From: Candidatus Omnitrophota bacterium
GTDB lineage: Bacteria; Omnitrophota; Gorgyraeia; Zapsychrales; Fredricksoniimonadaceae
Length of the DNA: 64,000 bases
Direction of reading: 5' to 3'
Assembly (NCBI GenBank): GCA_030650275.1
Contig: JAUSEK010000008.1
Coordinates: forward strand, 811-64,810
Of the stretch, positions 19,707 to 32,729 are shown piece after piece. A program made the position numbers and the translations under genes. The notes below the pieces were generated by a model. It was not told the DNA's origin and did no database searches. It saw only the letters and a list, made by a program, of their open reading frames with translations. Within the stretch, counting starts at the first letter, position 1; each line of letters starts with the position of its first letter.

Positions 19707-20809
19707 TGATCCCTGTCTGTGAACCATTGCTGGCCGGCAATGAACAAAAATATGTCCTGGATTGCCTGAAAACCAGTTGGATATCTTCAAGCGGTCCTTA
19801 TCTGACAAGATTTGAGGAGGGTTTCAGCCGTTATTGCGGGGTCAAGCACGGTATCGGCGTGTGCAACGGGACAGTGGCTTTGCATCTGGCCTACGCGGCG
19901 CTGGGCATAGGGCCGGGGGATGAGGTCATTATGCCGACCTTGACCATCGCCTCAACGGTATTTTCCGCTCTCTATTGCGGGGCCAGACCAGTGTTCGTTG
20001 ATGTCCAACCGGACACATGGAATATGGATCCTGTTCAGTTAGAGGCAAAAATCACCAAGAAAACCAAGGCCATTGTGCCGGTGCATATGTACGGTCACCC
20101 CTGCGATATGGATGCGATCATGCGCGTGGCGCGCAAGCACCGCATTGCCGTCATTGAGGACGCGGCCCAAGCGCATGGGGCCCAATACAAAGGCCGCAAG
20201 ACAGGCAGTTTCGGGAAATTGTCGTGTTTCAGTTTTTACAGCAATAAGATCATCACCTGCGGTGAAGGCGGCATGGTCTTGACCGACGATGATCAGCTGG
20301 CGGAAAAATGCCGCAGTTTAAAAAACCTTTCTTTTTTAAAAGAACGCCGGTTTTTCCATAAGGACATGGGTTTTAATTACCGGATGACCAATGTGCAGGC
20401 CGCCATCGGTCTGGCGCAGTTGGAGCAGATCGATGACATGATCGCCCGGCGCCGGCGGAACGCGCGTTTGTATAATGAATTATTATCCGGCATTGAGGGC
20501 TTGGTCCTTCCGACGGAAAGACCGGATGCGCGCAATGTGTATTGGATGTATGGCGTTGTTGTTGACAGGTCGTTTGGTGTCAGCCGTGATGTTTTGATGA
20601 AGAAACTGTCGAAAAAGGGCATTGAGACCCGCACATTTTTTATCCCCATGCACGATCAGCCGGTATTAAAAAAGGCGGGCTGCGCCGATCACAGGAAATA
20701 TCCTGTTTCCGAACGTCTGGGCCGCTGTGGATTCTACCTGCCTTCCGGCAGCGGGCTTAAGCCCAAGGAGATCGCATACATCGCAAAATGCCTTAAAGCG
20801 GTCAGATGA
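19706..20809 (+). CDS. DegT/DnrJ/EryC1/StrS aminotransferase (perosamine synthetase-like)
   Basis: WISS.G, NGTVALHLA, EDAAQAHG, SFYSNKIITCGEGG, GFNYRMTN, LPSG. Confidence 0.9.
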   Translation: MIPVCEPLLAGNEQKYVLDCLKTSWISSSGPYLTRFEEGFSRYCGVKHGIGVCNGTVALHLAYAALGIGPGDEVIMPTLTIASTVFSALYCGARPVFVDVQPDTWNMDPVQLEAKITKKTKAIVPVHMYGHPCDMDAIMRVARKHRIAVIEDAAQAHGAQYKGRKTGSFGKLSCFSFYSNKIITCGEGGMVLTDDDQLAEKCRSLKNLSFLKERRFFHKDMGFNYRMTNVQAAIGLAQLEQIDDMIARRRRNARLYNELLSGIEGLVLPTERPDARNVYWMYGVVVDRSFGVSRDVLMKKLSKKGIETRTFFIPMHDQPVLKKAGCADHRKYPVSERLGRCGFYLPSGSGLKPKEIAYIAKCLKAVR

Positions 20810-22053
20810 AGATAATCTTAGCGGCCAAAAGCGTTTATCCCTTCCATCCCTTCGGCGGCGTTCAAAAATACGTTTATTATTTTGCAAAGCATTTGCTTCA
20901 AGCGGGCGTTGACGTTGAGATCATCGCCCCTCTTGATGACGGCAAACCCCGGACGGAATATTTTGAAGGCATCCGATACACGCTCATTGGACCCCGCATT
21001 TCTTCCTATTTGGAGCTTCCCGTCGGGTGGCTGGGGGTGCACTGGTTCGCCCGTGATCTGGCGCGTTATTTAAAAGACAAGCCCTTCGACATCCTGCACA
21101 GTTTTGATATGACCGGGCTGTATTACCTCAATGTTCCCGGCCGTAAACCGGTCATCGCCCATATTTTTTCCGACAATTATTTATGCAATCCGATCACGGT
21201 CACCGGATATTTGAGCCTGTTCGGTTATAAGCCCCACGATATCAAGAAAACCAAGATAGCCCTTTCCCCGTTCGCCGGCTTAAAGGCCATTGCGCAGTAT
21301 CCCGCCCAGTATTTTTTCAAGACCAAACCCATGCACCGGTATCTGACCGGATGTGAGCGGGTGTTTTTGGAGGATGAATATTTCCGTGAGGAAGTTGTGC
21401 GCTTGTTCCGGCTGGACCCTGCCAAGGTGCGGGTCATTCCCGTCGGGGTGGATGTGGGATATGCGCGCAAACAGATGGAAGCCGCGGCCCTGACCAGAGC
21501 GCAGCTTGGTTTTTCCGAAGACGATCTGGTCTTATTGACGGTCAACCGTTTGGCCGCGGACAAAGGGATCGACAAGATCATTTTAGCGCTTAAGACCATA
21601 CGCCTGAGCCTTCCCGCGGCAAAACTGGTGATCGTAGGCAAGGGGTATCAGGAACAGGAACTGTTGTCGTTGATCAATGCCGGCGGATTGAAGGAACATG
21701 TCCGGCTGTTTAAAGATGTCCGGGAAGAGGACCTTTATGCGTATTACAAAATTTCCGATTTGTATCTATGCGCTTTTTCTTTTCCCGGTTCAAGCATCAG
21801 CACATTGGAGGCCATGGCCGCCGGCTTGCCGGTCGTGACCACGGCCCAGCCATGGCTGGTTCCCGCGGGCCGTAACGGGATTTTCATCCCTGATAACCAA
21901 CCGTCTGCCATCGCGCAAGCCGTTATGAGTTTGGCGGCAGGGGATTTGAAGGCCAAAGCCGCTGTTTCTTTAGACCTTGCCAAGAATTACGATTGGCCGC
22001 AGATCGCCCGCCGCGCCCAGGGGCTTTATCAAAAGATTTTGTCTAATTCGTAA
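20806..22053 (+). CDS. Glycosyltransferase family 4
   Basis: GGVQ N-terminus, VNRL..DKG, LEAMAAGLPVV. Confidence 0.88.
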   Translation: MKIILAAKSVYPFHPFGGVQKYVYYFAKHLLQAGVDVEIIAPLDDGKPRTEYFEGIRYTLIGPRISSYLELPVGWLGVHWFARDLARYLKDKPFDILHSFDMTGLYYLNVPGRKPVIAHIFSDNYLCNPITVTGYLSLFGYKPHDIKKTKIALSPFAGLKAIAQYPAQYFFKTKPMHRYLTGCERVFLEDEYFREEVVRLFRLDPAKVRVIPVGVDVGYARKQMEAAALTRAQLGFSEDDLVLLTVNRLAADKGIDKIILALKTIRLSLPAAKLVIVGKGYQEQELLSLINAGGLKEHVRLFKDVREEDLYAYYKISDLYLCAFSFPGSSISTLEAMAAGLPVVTTAQPWLVPAGRNGIFIPDNQPSAIAQAVMSLAAGDLKAKAAVSLDLAKNYDWPQIARRAQGLYQKILSNS

Positions 22054-22074
22054 AATCAACTATAATAACCCCTT

Positions 22075-22827
22075 ATGCACGAACGGGTTAATATTCTAGG
22101 CGTGCGCGTCAGCGCCCTTAACGTGGATCTGGCCTGTCGGGAAATTGAGGGCTGGGTCAAAGAGCGGCGCAAAAGCTATGTGTGCGTGGCGCCGGTTTCC
22201 ACCATTGTGGATTGCCAGCACGACAGCGCTTACAGGGACCTGGTCAATGCCGCGGACATGGTCACGCCCGACGGTATGCCGGTGGCATGGCTGGTCAGGT
22301 CCAAGGGCTATCCTTATGTTGAGCGTACTTATGGTCCGGACCTGATGCGTATTCTTTGCCGCCGCCCGGGGCTGCGTCATTATTTCTTTGGCGGTACCCC
22401 ACAGGTCCTCAAAGGGCTTGAACAATGTTTGAGAAAGGATTTTTCCGGCATTGCTATTGCCGGCAGGATTTCCCCGCCGTTTCGTCCCCAGGCCCAATTG
22501 GAAGATGAACAGACAATAGCAGCGATCAACCAGGCCAGGCCGGACATCCTCTGGATCGGTTTGGGTTCTCCCAAACAGGATTTCTGGATGAAGCTCAACC
22601 GGGACCGTTTGGAGGTGCCGGTCATGGTCGCGGTGGGCGCGGCATTCGATTTTCTGGCAGGGGCCAAACCCCAGGCCCCGCGCTGGATGCAAAGGGCGGG
22701 TTTTGAATGGTTGTTCCGTTTGTGTTGTGAGCCCAAGCGGTTATGGAGACGCTATTTGGTCGGCAACAGCTTATTTGTATACTATTTATTAAGGTCATTG
22801 TATAATAACTCCTTTTCCAAGCATTAA
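22075..22827 (+). CDS. WecB/TagA/CpsF family glycosyltransferase (GT26)
   Basis: PDGMP, GPDLM, IGLGSPKQD, GAAFDF, EWLFRL..EPKRLWRRY. Confidence 0.92.
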   Translation: MHERVNILGVRVSALNVDLACREIEGWVKERRKSYVCVAPVSTIVDCQHDSAYRDLVNAADMVTPDGMPVAWLVRSKGYPYVERTYGPDLMRILCRRPGLRHYFFGGTPQVLKGLEQCLRKDFSGIAIAGRISPPFRPQAQLEDEQTIAAINQARPDILWIGLGSPKQDFWMKLNRDRLEVPVMVAVGAAFDFLAGAKPQAPRWMQRAGFEWLFRLCCEPKRLWRRYLVGNSLFVYYLLRSLYNNSFSKH

Positions 22828-22842
22828 ATTTATACATCGCCT

Positions 22843-24263
22843 ATGCGCTCCCGAAAAGAATATTTGATCATCCGTTCCATTTACGCGGCCATTGACCTTT
22901 TTTGCGTCTTTTTGGCCTTTTATCTGGTCTGCTGGTCCAGGCGGGCGACCCTGCCATTTACCGTAGACCTTCCGGGTTTTTTGGGAGAAGACAATCCTTT
23001 TAAATCGGTCTTCCTTTTATGGGCCGCGGTCGTTTTATTTTTTAACCAGACGCATGGGTTATATAAGACCCACCGGGAACAGATGGAAGGGTTGGAGATC
23101 TGGGAAGTCGTCAAATCCATTTTTGTCTCCACGTTAGTCATCATCACGCTGGCCTATTTGTTCAAGATCCAGGATTTTCCCCGCGGCGTCATGATCTTAA
23201 ACGCGCTGGTCATTGCCCTGTTTTGCTCGATCTGGCGGGTGTTTAAGAAACTATTGGTCAATTATCTGGCACGGCGCGGCTATAACAATTTTAACGCCGT
23301 GATCATCGGGGCCGGCAAGGTGGGCGTATTGCTGGCCGAGGAGATCAAAAAGCGTCCCGCGCTGGGAGTTAAAATTGTCGGTTTCCTGGATGATTATAAA
23401 ACCGGAACGTGCGGCAGCGGTCCCTGGCCGGTTTTGGGGCGCATTGATCAATTTTCTGCCATTACCCCCAAATCGTTCATCAACAAAATGTTCATCACCA
23501 TTCATCATAACAGCGACGTGTTCGTGCGCCTTCTGGAGCAGGCGCGGGGATTGGGGGTGGCGGTCCGTGTCGTTCCCCAAGGGTATGAATGGATGGTCCA
23601 TGATCCGGCTAAATATAATATAGGGATCATTCCGGTCCTGGAATATTGGGATGTTGATGTCAATTACCGTTTGCGGGCCAAACGTTTTTTTGATCTCTGC
23701 CTGGCCTGGATCATTTTTTTATTCCTGTCGCCGGTATTGGCTGTCATTGCCGTGCGCATCAAACTCGACAGTCCGGGACCGGTCTTTTACAAGTCCAGGC
23801 GCTATGGCCTGTGCGGCAAGGTCTTTCCTATGTATAAATTCCGCAGCATGGTTTGCAACGCGGAGGAGATGTTGTCCCAGCTCAAAGATAAAAATGAAGT
23901 GGACGGGCCTATTTTTAAGATACGCAAAGACCCGCGGATCACGAAATTCGGGACGTTCTTGCGCAAATACAGTCTGGACGAACTGCCGCAGATCCTCAAC
24001 GTCATCAAGGGGGACATGAGTTTGGTCGGGCCCAGGCCTTTGCCCGTGGAACAGATCGAGAAAGAAGACCTGCAGCAATTCAAACGCCTGGAAGTGCGCC
24101 CGGGGATCACGGGCTTATGGCAGATCCGCGGCCGTAGCGACCTGCCTTTTGTGCGCCTGGTCAAGTGGGACATTTGGTATATAAATAACTGGTCTTTTGG
24201 TTTGGATTTGTATATATTGTTCCAGACTTTGCCGGTCGTGCTGAAAGGCAAAGGGGCCTATTG

Positions 24264-24264
<1 letters not shown>
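22843..24264 (+). CDS. Polyprenyl-phosphate sugar phosphotransferase (WcaJ/WbaP family initiating transferase)
   Basis: N-terminal TM helices, [33 protein letters not shown]. Confidence 0.92.
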
Positions 24265-26215
<1,951 letters not shown>

Positions 26216-26228
26216 TCAAAATAATTCT

Positions 26229-27581
26229 ATGGACCAGAGAAATATGATCGTATGGCTGGATCGTTTGATCCGGGGTTCTTTTTACATTTTGATCTTTTGC
26301 CTGCCTATTTCCATCGCGCTGGTGGAGTCCTTTTCTGGATTCGCGATCTTTTTTCTTGCTCTCAAGCGTGGGTTGGCCTTTGCGAAGGCCGGCGGCGGGC
26401 TCTGGCCGCGCGTGCGGGATTTTTTTGCTCCGCCCATCAGCTTCCTTGACCGTCCTTTAGGTTTTTTTATTGCCGCGACCGCCCTTTCCGTTGTTTTTAG
26501 CCAGCATCATCAGTTGAGCATTGTGGCATTTTTCGGGAAAACATTGCAGGGGTTCTATGTGTACAGCGCTTTTTTGGAGGCGTTCACGGACACGGATTCG
26601 GTGGATAATTTCATTTTTGTCTGGTTTGCTTCGGCCCTGATCACGGGATCAAGCGGTTTATTCCAGTATTTTTTCGGCCATGATTTTTTGCGCAATACCG
26701 CGCTGGTGGGCGGCCGTGTTTCATCGTCCCTGCGTCACGCCAATGATTTTGGCGCTTATATCGTTGCTGTCTCCCCCTTGCTTTTGGTCCTGTTGCTGCG
26801 TTGGAAAGCATTTTGCACGCAGTTAGACAGCAGGCCTTCCTGGTGGGTGCGCGTTTTTCTTTTAGCCGCGTGTCTGGTGCTGGTCGTGTGCCTGGGGCTG
26901 ACCTTTTCCCGCGCTTCATGGATCGCTTTTTTCGCGGCCATTGTGCTGGGAGGGCTTTCTAAAAGAAAGAACACGCTCATTGTTTTCCTGATCATCATGG
27001 GATTTATTGTGGTTTTTATGCCGATCATGGTCAAGACCCGCAACGCGCCTTTGATCACGGATGGTGTCCGCGCCCAAACGGACAATATGAGCCAAACCGC
27101 CAAAGACCACGGGATCTTTTCCAAGGAATATATTCAGACCCTTCTCAAGGGCACGGTCAGCCCGGGGATGGGCAGGTCCTCGTATTGGCGTGAAGCGCTG
27201 GGGATCATTTATGATCATCCGGTGTTTGGGGCGGGGTTAAACACTTATTCCCGTGTTGCTCCGGCGTATAAGATCGGTTGGGGCGGGTATCCGCACAATT
27301 CCTATCTGCAGATCGCGGCGGAACTGGGTTTGGTTGGGTTAGGCGCGTTCTTATGGATGCTCTGGACATTTTTTAGAGGATCATTTCAATGCATCAACCG
27401 GATGCCGGTCGGATATCTGCGCTGCGTTTTGATCGGGACCCTGGCCGGATTTTTCGCGTATTTGGTCCAGAGTTTTTTTGATACCACATTTTACTCGGTG
27501 CAATTGTCCATGTTTTTATGGATCATGATGGCCCTGGCTGTGGCTGTCCAAAAGATCTTCCGGAGCCAACCCGCCCTATGA
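26229..27581 (+). CDS. O-antigen ligase/polymerase (Wzy_C) family membrane protein; start uncertain (26205-26244)
   Basis: Many TM helices, TFSRASW, HPVFGAG, HNSYLQIAAELG. Confidence 0.85.
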   Translation: MDQRNMIVWLDRLIRGSFYILIFCLPISIALVESFSGFAIFFLALKRGLAFAKAGGGLWPRVRDFFAPPISFLDRPLGFFIAATALSVVFSQHHQLSIVAFFGKTLQGFYVYSAFLEAFTDTDSVDNFIFVWFASALITGSSGLFQYFFGHDFLRNTALVGGRVSSSLRHANDFGAYIVAVSPLLLVLLLRWKAFCTQLDSRPSWWVRVFLLAACLVLVVCLGLTFSRASWIAFFAAIVLGGLSKRKNTLIVFLIIMGFIVVFMPIMVKTRNAPLITDGVRAQTDNMSQTAKDHGIFSKEYIQTLLKGTVSPGMGRSSYWREALGIIYDHPVFGAGLNTYSRVAPAYKIGWGGYPHNSYLQIAAELGLVGLGAFLWMLWTFFRGSFQCINRMPVGYLRCVLIGTLAGFFAYLVQSFFDTTFYSVQLSMFLWIMMALAVAVQKIFRSQPAL

Positions 27582-28762
27582 ATAAACAGACGGTCAAAGA
27601 CGTCATTTTAAAGGGCAAAAGGGTCATGATCCGCGTGGATTTTAACGTGCCTTTGGATGAGCATTTTCATATCACCGATGACCGCCGCATCAGCGCGGCT
27701 TTGCCCACTATCCGCTACGCGTTAAAGCAGGGGGCCGCAAAGGTCATTTTGATGAGCCATCTGGGCCGGCCCAAGGGCACTGGTTTTGAAGCGGTGTTCT
27801 CGCTCAAACCCGTGGCTGTCCGTTTGCAGGAACTGTTGAAAGAGCCCGTTACATTTTTGAATGACTGCATCGGGCCTGCGGTCAAGGACGGTGTTGCCCA
27901 GGCCAAGGCCCGTGTCGTGCTTTTAGAAAATTTGCGTTTCCATAAAGAGGAAGAGAAGAATGACCCTGCTTTCGCCAAAGAGCTGGCTTCCTTGGCCGAT
28001 ATTTACGTGAATGACGCGTTCGGCACCGCGCACCGCGCCCACGCCTCCACAGCCGGGATTACCGCGTTTTTGCCGTCGGCGGCCGGGTTTCTGATCGAAA
28101 AGGAACTGCAATATTTGGGCAGCGCCATCAATGACCCCAAGCGGCCGCTGGTTGTTATCTTAGGCGGGGCCAAGGTCTCGGACAAGATCGCGTTGATCAA
28201 GAATTTGATCCCCAAGGCCGATGCCATCATCATCGGCGGGGGCATGGCGTACACGTTCCTGAAAGCCCAGGGCAAAAGCATCGGCAATTCCAAACTGGAA
28301 GCGGACAAGGTGGGGATGGCCGGGGAGCTTCTTAAGCAGGCCGAAAAAGCCGGCGTTGAAATGGCGCTGACCATTGATTTCGTCATCACCCAAAGTTTTA
28401 CCAGCGACGACTGCAAAATTTCCGATACCATTCCCGACGGGTGGGAAAGTTTGGACATCGGCCCCAAGACCCGCGAACGGTATAAGGCCATTTTGTCCAA
28501 GGCCAGGACCGTGGTGTGGAACGGTCCGCTGGGTGTTTTTGAGCGCGATGCTTACGCCAAGGGCACAAGGGCCATTGCCGAATACCTGGCGTCTTTAAAA
28601 GATGTGACGGTGATCATCGGCGGCGGGGATTCGGCGGCCGCGGTGGCCAAATTCGGTTTGGAAGACAAGATGACCCACATTTCCACCGGCGGCGGGGCTT
28701 CGCTGGAATTTTTGGAAGGCAGGGAATTGCCTGGCATTGCCGCTTTGAATAATAAACCGTAA
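27578..28762 (+). CDS. pgk: Phosphoglycerate kinase
   Basis: [49 protein letters not shown]. Confidence 0.97.
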   Translation: MNKQTVKDVILKGKRVMIRVDFNVPLDEHFHITDDRRISAALPTIRYALKQGAAKVILMSHLGRPKGTGFEAVFSLKPVAVRLQELLKEPVTFLNDCIGPAVKDGVAQAKARVVLLENLRFHKEEEKNDPAFAKELASLADIYVNDAFGTAHRAHASTAGITAFLPSAAGFLIEKELQYLGSAINDPKRPLVVILGGAKVSDKIALIKNLIPKADAIIIGGGMAYTFLKAQGKSIGNSKLEADKVGMAGELLKQAEKAGVEMALTIDFVITQSFTSDDCKISDTIPDGWESLDIGPKTRERYKAILSKARTVVWNGPLGVFERDAYAKGTRAIAEYLASLKDVTVIIGGGDSAAAVAKFGLEDKMTHISTGGGASLEFLEGRELPGIAALNNKP

Positions 28763-28785
28763 GGGCGATTATTAATCGCCCCTAC
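28759..28785 (+). repeat. GTAG-type REP-like palindrome overlapping the pgk stop codon
   Basis: GTAAGGGCGATTATTAATCGCCCCTAC; 26/27 identical to 40627..40653. Confidence 0.8.
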
Positions 28786-28800
28786 AGACGGACAATCAAT

Positions 28801-29574
28801 ATGCGCACACCTATCATTGCCGGAAATTGGAAATTGAACAAAACCTCCCGCGAGGCCATTGTGCTCGTGGAGGAGCTAAAGCGCGAGGTGGCAGATTTAG
28901 AAGGCGTGGACATTGTTGTGTGCCCGCCGTTCACCGCGCTTGAAAGCGTCAGTGAGGCCCTGATCGAGACCAATATCGCCGTCGGCGCCCAGAATGTGTA
29001 TTGGGCTGACAGCGGCGCTTTTACCGGCGAGATCTCGGCGCCCATGCTCAAAGATTTTGGTGTTCAATATGTCATTGTCGGCCATTCCGAGCGCCGCCAG
29101 TATTTCGGGGAGACCAATGAAACGGTCAATAAGCGCCTGCGCGCGGCCCTGGCCCATGGCTTGACGCCCATTGTTTGTGTGGGTGAGAATTTGGCCGAAC
29201 GCGAGGCCGGTAAGACCTTTGCCGTCATCCAGACGCAGGTCCAGGGATCTTTGGCGGGCCTGACATTTGATGAAATGAACAAGATCGTCGTGGCCTATGA
29301 ACCGGTGTGGGCCATCGGCACGGGCAAGACCGCGACACCGTCCATGGCGCAGGAAGTCCACGCGTTTATCCGCGGCCTTTTGGCAAAAATTTTTAATCCG
29401 GACACGGCGCAGTCCGTACGCATCCAGTATGGCGGCAGTGTTACGCCGGAAAACATCGCCGCGCTCATCAGCCAGCCCGACATTGACGGCGCTTTGGTGG
29501 GCGGGGCCAGTTTGAAAGCGGCTTCTTTCGCGGCCATTGTTAAAGCGGCTTTAAATAAAGATGTTAAACTCTAA
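28801..29574 (+). CDS. tpiA: Triosephosphate isomerase
   Basis: [40 protein letters not shown]. Confidence 0.97.
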   Translation: MRTPIIAGNWKLNKTSREAIVLVEELKREVADLEGVDIVVCPPFTALESVSEALIETNIAVGAQNVYWADSGAFTGEISAPMLKDFGVQYVIVGHSERRQYFGETNETVNKRLRAALAHGLTPIVCVGENLAEREAGKTFAVIQTQVQGSLAGLTFDEMNKIVVAYEPVWAIGTGKTATPSMAQEVHAFIRGLLAKIFNPDTAQSVRIQYGGSVTPENIAALISQPDIDGALVGGASLKAASFAAIVKAALNKDVKL

Positions 29575-29699
29575 GCCCTAAATTCTAAACTCTAAACAAA
29601 TTCAAATGACCAAATGTTCCAATGACCCAAACGTTTTGAATTTTGTTCTTTTGAATTTTGATATTGTTTAGGATTTAGAGTTTAGGATTTAGAGTTTAA
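29564..29699. repeat. Long imperfect inverted repeat built from 7-mer units
   Basis: Left arm TTAAACTCT AAGCCCT AAATTCT AAACTCT AAAC...; right arm ...GTTT AGGATTT AGAGTTT AGGATTT AGAGTTTAA. Confidence 0.8.
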
Positions 29700-29716
29700 T
29701 CTTAGGAGACCAATTT

Positions 29717-30067
29717 ATGGGATTTGTCCTTTTTATCCACGTTACGGTGTGCGTTCTTCTGGTCATTTCCATCCTCATGCAGGCTGGCAGGGGAGGCGGC
29801 CTGGCCGAGAGTTTTGCTTCGGCGGAGTCCATGTTCGGCACGCAGACCAATGCGTTCATGGTGCGCGTCTCGACGGTTTTGGCCCTGATTTTTCTTGTGA
29901 CGTCCTTGATCCTGGCGTTCAACGCTTCAAAGAAGGAAAGATCTCTGATGACCAATGATCGGCTTTTGCCAAAGGCCCAGGAAACCAAACAGCCGGCTGT
30001 CACTGTTACGCCGGTGACGCCAGCTCCGGCGGCAACAACAGTGCCGGACAGCACCCCCAAGCCCTAA
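29717..30067 (+). CDS. secG: Preprotein translocase subunit SecG
   Basis: ILMQAGRGGGL motif, two TM helices, conserved position after tpiA, AGGAG RBS. Confidence 0.9.
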   Translation: MGFVLFIHVTVCVLLVISILMQAGRGGGLAESFASAESMFGTQTNAFMVRVSTVLALIFLVTSLILAFNASKKERSLMTNDRLLPKAQETKQPAVTVTPVTPAPAATTVPDSTPKP

Positions 30068-30068
30068 T

Positions 30069-31748
30069 GTGAAAATATTTTTTTCCGCATTTTTATTTTT
30101 ATTTCTGCTGTCCATGCCCGCCGGGGCGGTCCAAAACCGTTACGGCGGGCAAATTGTTTTAGCCGTATCTTCCGACCCCAAGACCTTCAATGAGATCGTG
30201 GCCAGCGAGACCTCGAGTTCCGCGGTCACCAACATGCTTTTTGAAGGGCTCACCACCACCGATGCGTTCACCCTGAAAGTTATTCCCAATCTCGCCGCCT
30301 CCTGGCAGGTGAGTCCCGACGGGCTGACGTGGACGTTTCATTTGCGCCCCGGTGTGACGTGGTTTGACGGAAGGCCTTTTGGCGCGGACGACGTGGTCTT
30401 TACCTTCAATGACCTCATTTACAATCCCGATATCCCGTCTTCTTCGCGCGACGTGTTCACCGTGGACGGCAAACCGTTTGTGGTCCAAAAGGTGGATGAT
30501 CTGACGGTGCGTTTTATCCTGCCGGTCAGATTCGCGCCGTTTTTGCGCGGCATGTCCCAGCCCATTTTACCCAAACATAAACTGGAGGGGCCGCTGAAGG
30601 CGGGCAAGTTCGCCTTCACCTGGGGTATTGATACTCCCCCTAAGGACGTCGTCGGCACAGGATCATTTTATCTGGACCAATACGCTCCCGGCGAACGGCT
30701 GGTTTTCAGGCGCAACCCGCATTATTGGAAAAAGGCCGGTAACGGGGATGTCCTGCCGTATCTGGACAAGGTGGTCTTTTTGATCATCCCCGACGCGGAC
30801 GGCCGGCTTTTAAAATTTCTGGACGGACAATTGGATCACGTGGATCTGCGCGGGGCAGATTTTCCTTTGCTTAAGCCCCTGGAGGCAAAAAGAAATTTTC
30901 ATATTTATGACGCCGGCCCCGCGTTCGGGAGCAATTTTATCGCGTTCAATCAGAACGCGCGCGCAAATCCCAAAACCGGCAAGGCGTTTGTGGACCCGGT
31001 GAAATTGTCCTGGTTCACGGACGTTAATTTCCGCCGGGCCGTGGCCCATGCCATTGACAGGCCAAAGATGATCGAGATCCTGGCCAACGGGCTGGGCACG
31101 CCCCAATACGGCCCCATGAGCCCGAGCTCCGGGTTCTTTTACAATCCCAGGACGCCTTCCTACAATTATGATCTGGATAAGGCCCGGCAGTATCTGGCCG
31201 CGTCCGGTTTTAAAGAACGCAACGGCCGCCTTTATGACAGCAATGGCGATCCCGTCGAGTTCAACCTTTATACCAACGCGGGGGAGCGCACCCAGATCGC
31301 GGCCATGGTCCGCGCGGACCTGGAACATTTGGGTATGAGGGTGAATTTGCTGACGCTTGAGTTCAACGCCTTGGTCGCTAAACTTATGTCTTCCTATGAT
31401 TGGGATGCCATCATTTTGGGTTTGACCGGCGGGATAGAGCCGCATTTCGGCAAGAACGTGTGGCATTCGTCCGGCCAATTGCATTTGTGGGGTCCCAAGC
31501 AGGAGGTGCCCGCGACCGCGTGGGAGAAACGGCTTGATGACATTTTCACCGCGGGCGTGCAGGAACTCAACGAGGACAAGCGCAAGGTCCTTTACGACGA
31601 GTTTCAGATGATCGCCGCCCAGCAATTGCCCGTGGTGTACACGTATCTGGACGACAATCTCTTTGCCGTGCGCGACCGTTTCGGCGATCTCAAACCTTCT
31701 GCTTACGGCGGGGCATTGCATAATCTGGAGGAGATTTACGTAAAATAA
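30069..31748 (+). CDS. Peptide/nickel ABC transporter substrate-binding protein (family 5)
   Basis: Signal peptide, DPKTFN, LAASW.VSPDGLTWTFHLR, VVGTG, RNPHYW. Confidence 0.9.
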   Translation: MKIFFSAFLFLFLLSMPAGAVQNRYGGQIVLAVSSDPKTFNEIVASETSSSAVTNMLFEGLTTTDAFTLKVIPNLAASWQVSPDGLTWTFHLRPGVTWFDGRPFGADDVVFTFNDLIYNPDIPSSSRDVFTVDGKPFVVQKVDDLTVRFILPVRFAPFLRGMSQPILPKHKLEGPLKAGKFAFTWGIDTPPKDVVGTGSFYLDQYAPGERLVFRRNPHYWKKAGNGDVLPYLDKVVFLIIPDADGRLLKFLDGQLDHVDLRGADFPLLKPLEAKRNFHIYDAGPAFGSNFIAFNQNARANPKTGKAFVDPVKLSWFTDVNFRRAVAHAIDRPKMIEILANGLGTPQYGPMSPSSGFFYNPRTPSYNYDLDKARQYLAASGFKERNGRLYDSNGDPVEFNLYTNAGERTQIAAMVRADLEHLGMRVNLLTLEFNALVAKLMSSYDWDAIILGLTGGIEPHFGKNVWHSSGQLHLWGPKQEVPATAWEKRLDDIFTAGVQELNEDKRKVLYDEFQMIAAQQLPVVYTYLDDNLFAVRDRFGDLKPSAYGGALHNLEEIYVK

Positions 31749-31754
31749 TAAGAT

Positions 31755-32729
31755 ATGCGCCTGTACATTTTAAAAAGATTGGGTATTGCGGTCCTGCTTT
31801 TGCTGGCCATGACGTTCATGACCTTTCTGATCATGCGCGCAACACCGGGCAATTTTTTTGACGCGCTTAAGATGAACCCGCAGATCTCGCCGGAAACCGT
31901 GGCGCGTTATGAGCATCTTTACGGCCTGGATAAGCCGCTGTTCATCCAATACGGGCATTGGCTGGCCAATATCCTGCGCGGGGAGTTCGGCTATTCTTTT
32001 TATTACAATGTGCCGGTCACTCATATTCTGGTCGGCCGTTTGGGCAATACGTTCATCCTATCTTTGGCGAGTTTCCTGCTGACATGGCTTGTTGCCATTC
32101 CTTTAGGTGTCTGGGCCGCGCTTCGCCGCAACCGGTTGGCTGACCGTTTATTGAGTTTTTTGTCATTCGCCGCTTTTTCCACGCCGGGATTCTTTCTGGC
32201 CATGCTGTTATTGTACGCGGCCAGCCAGTGGGGTGTTCTGCCTTTGGGAGGCATGCGCAGCCCGACCTACGATGATATGACAGCTCTCGCCAAGATCCTG
32301 GATGTCGGCGCGCATTTGATCATCCCGACGGTGGTCCTGTCCCTGGCGTCCATGGCCAGTTTACAGCGGCTCATGCGCGCCAATCTGCTTTCCGTTTTGC
32401 GCAAACAATACGTGACCGCGGCCCGTGCCAAAGGCCTGCCGGAAAACCAGGTCATTTACCGCCACGCTCTTCGCAACGCTTTTAATCCCATGGTCACCTT
32501 GCTGGGATATGAATTTTCCGGTCTTTTAAGCGGGGCCGCGCTCGTCGAGATCGTTTGCAGCTGGCCGGGACTGGGAACGCTGATGCTCACCGCGGTGCGG
32601 GCCAAGGACATGTATGTGGTCATGGCCAGCATGCTCATGGGCGGGGTGCTTTTGCTGTTGGGAAATTTGCTCGCCGACATTCTTTTACTTTGGGTGGACC
32701 CGAGGATCCGTTATGGCTCGAATGCGTAA
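31755..32729 (+). CDS. Peptide ABC transporter permease (OppB/DppB-like)
   Basis: YGLDKP, GEFGYS, ARAKGL, HALRNA, SWPGLG, DPRIR. Confidence 0.9.
   Translation: MRLYILKRLGIAVLLLLAMTFMTFLIMRATPGNFFDALKMNPQISPETVARYEHLYGLDKPLFIQYGHWLANILRGEFGYSFYYNVPVTHILVGRLGNTFILSLASFLLTWLVAIPLGVWAALRRNRLADRLLSFLSFAAFSTPGFFLAMLLLYAASQWGVLPLGGMRSPTYDDMTALAKILDVGAHLIIPTVVLSLASMASLQRLMRANLLSVLRKQYVTAARAKGLPENQVIYRHALRNAFNPMVTLLGYEFSGLLSGAALVEIVCSWPGLGTLMLTAVRAKDMYVVMASMLMGGVLLLLGNLLADILLLWVDPRIRYGSNA

Noticed and set aside
29564-29699. CRISPR array or simple terminator
   Set aside because: Units are 7-mers without unique spacers, there are no cas genes, and it is far longer and more AT-rich than an intrinsic terminator. 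No CRISPR array was seen anywhere in the window.
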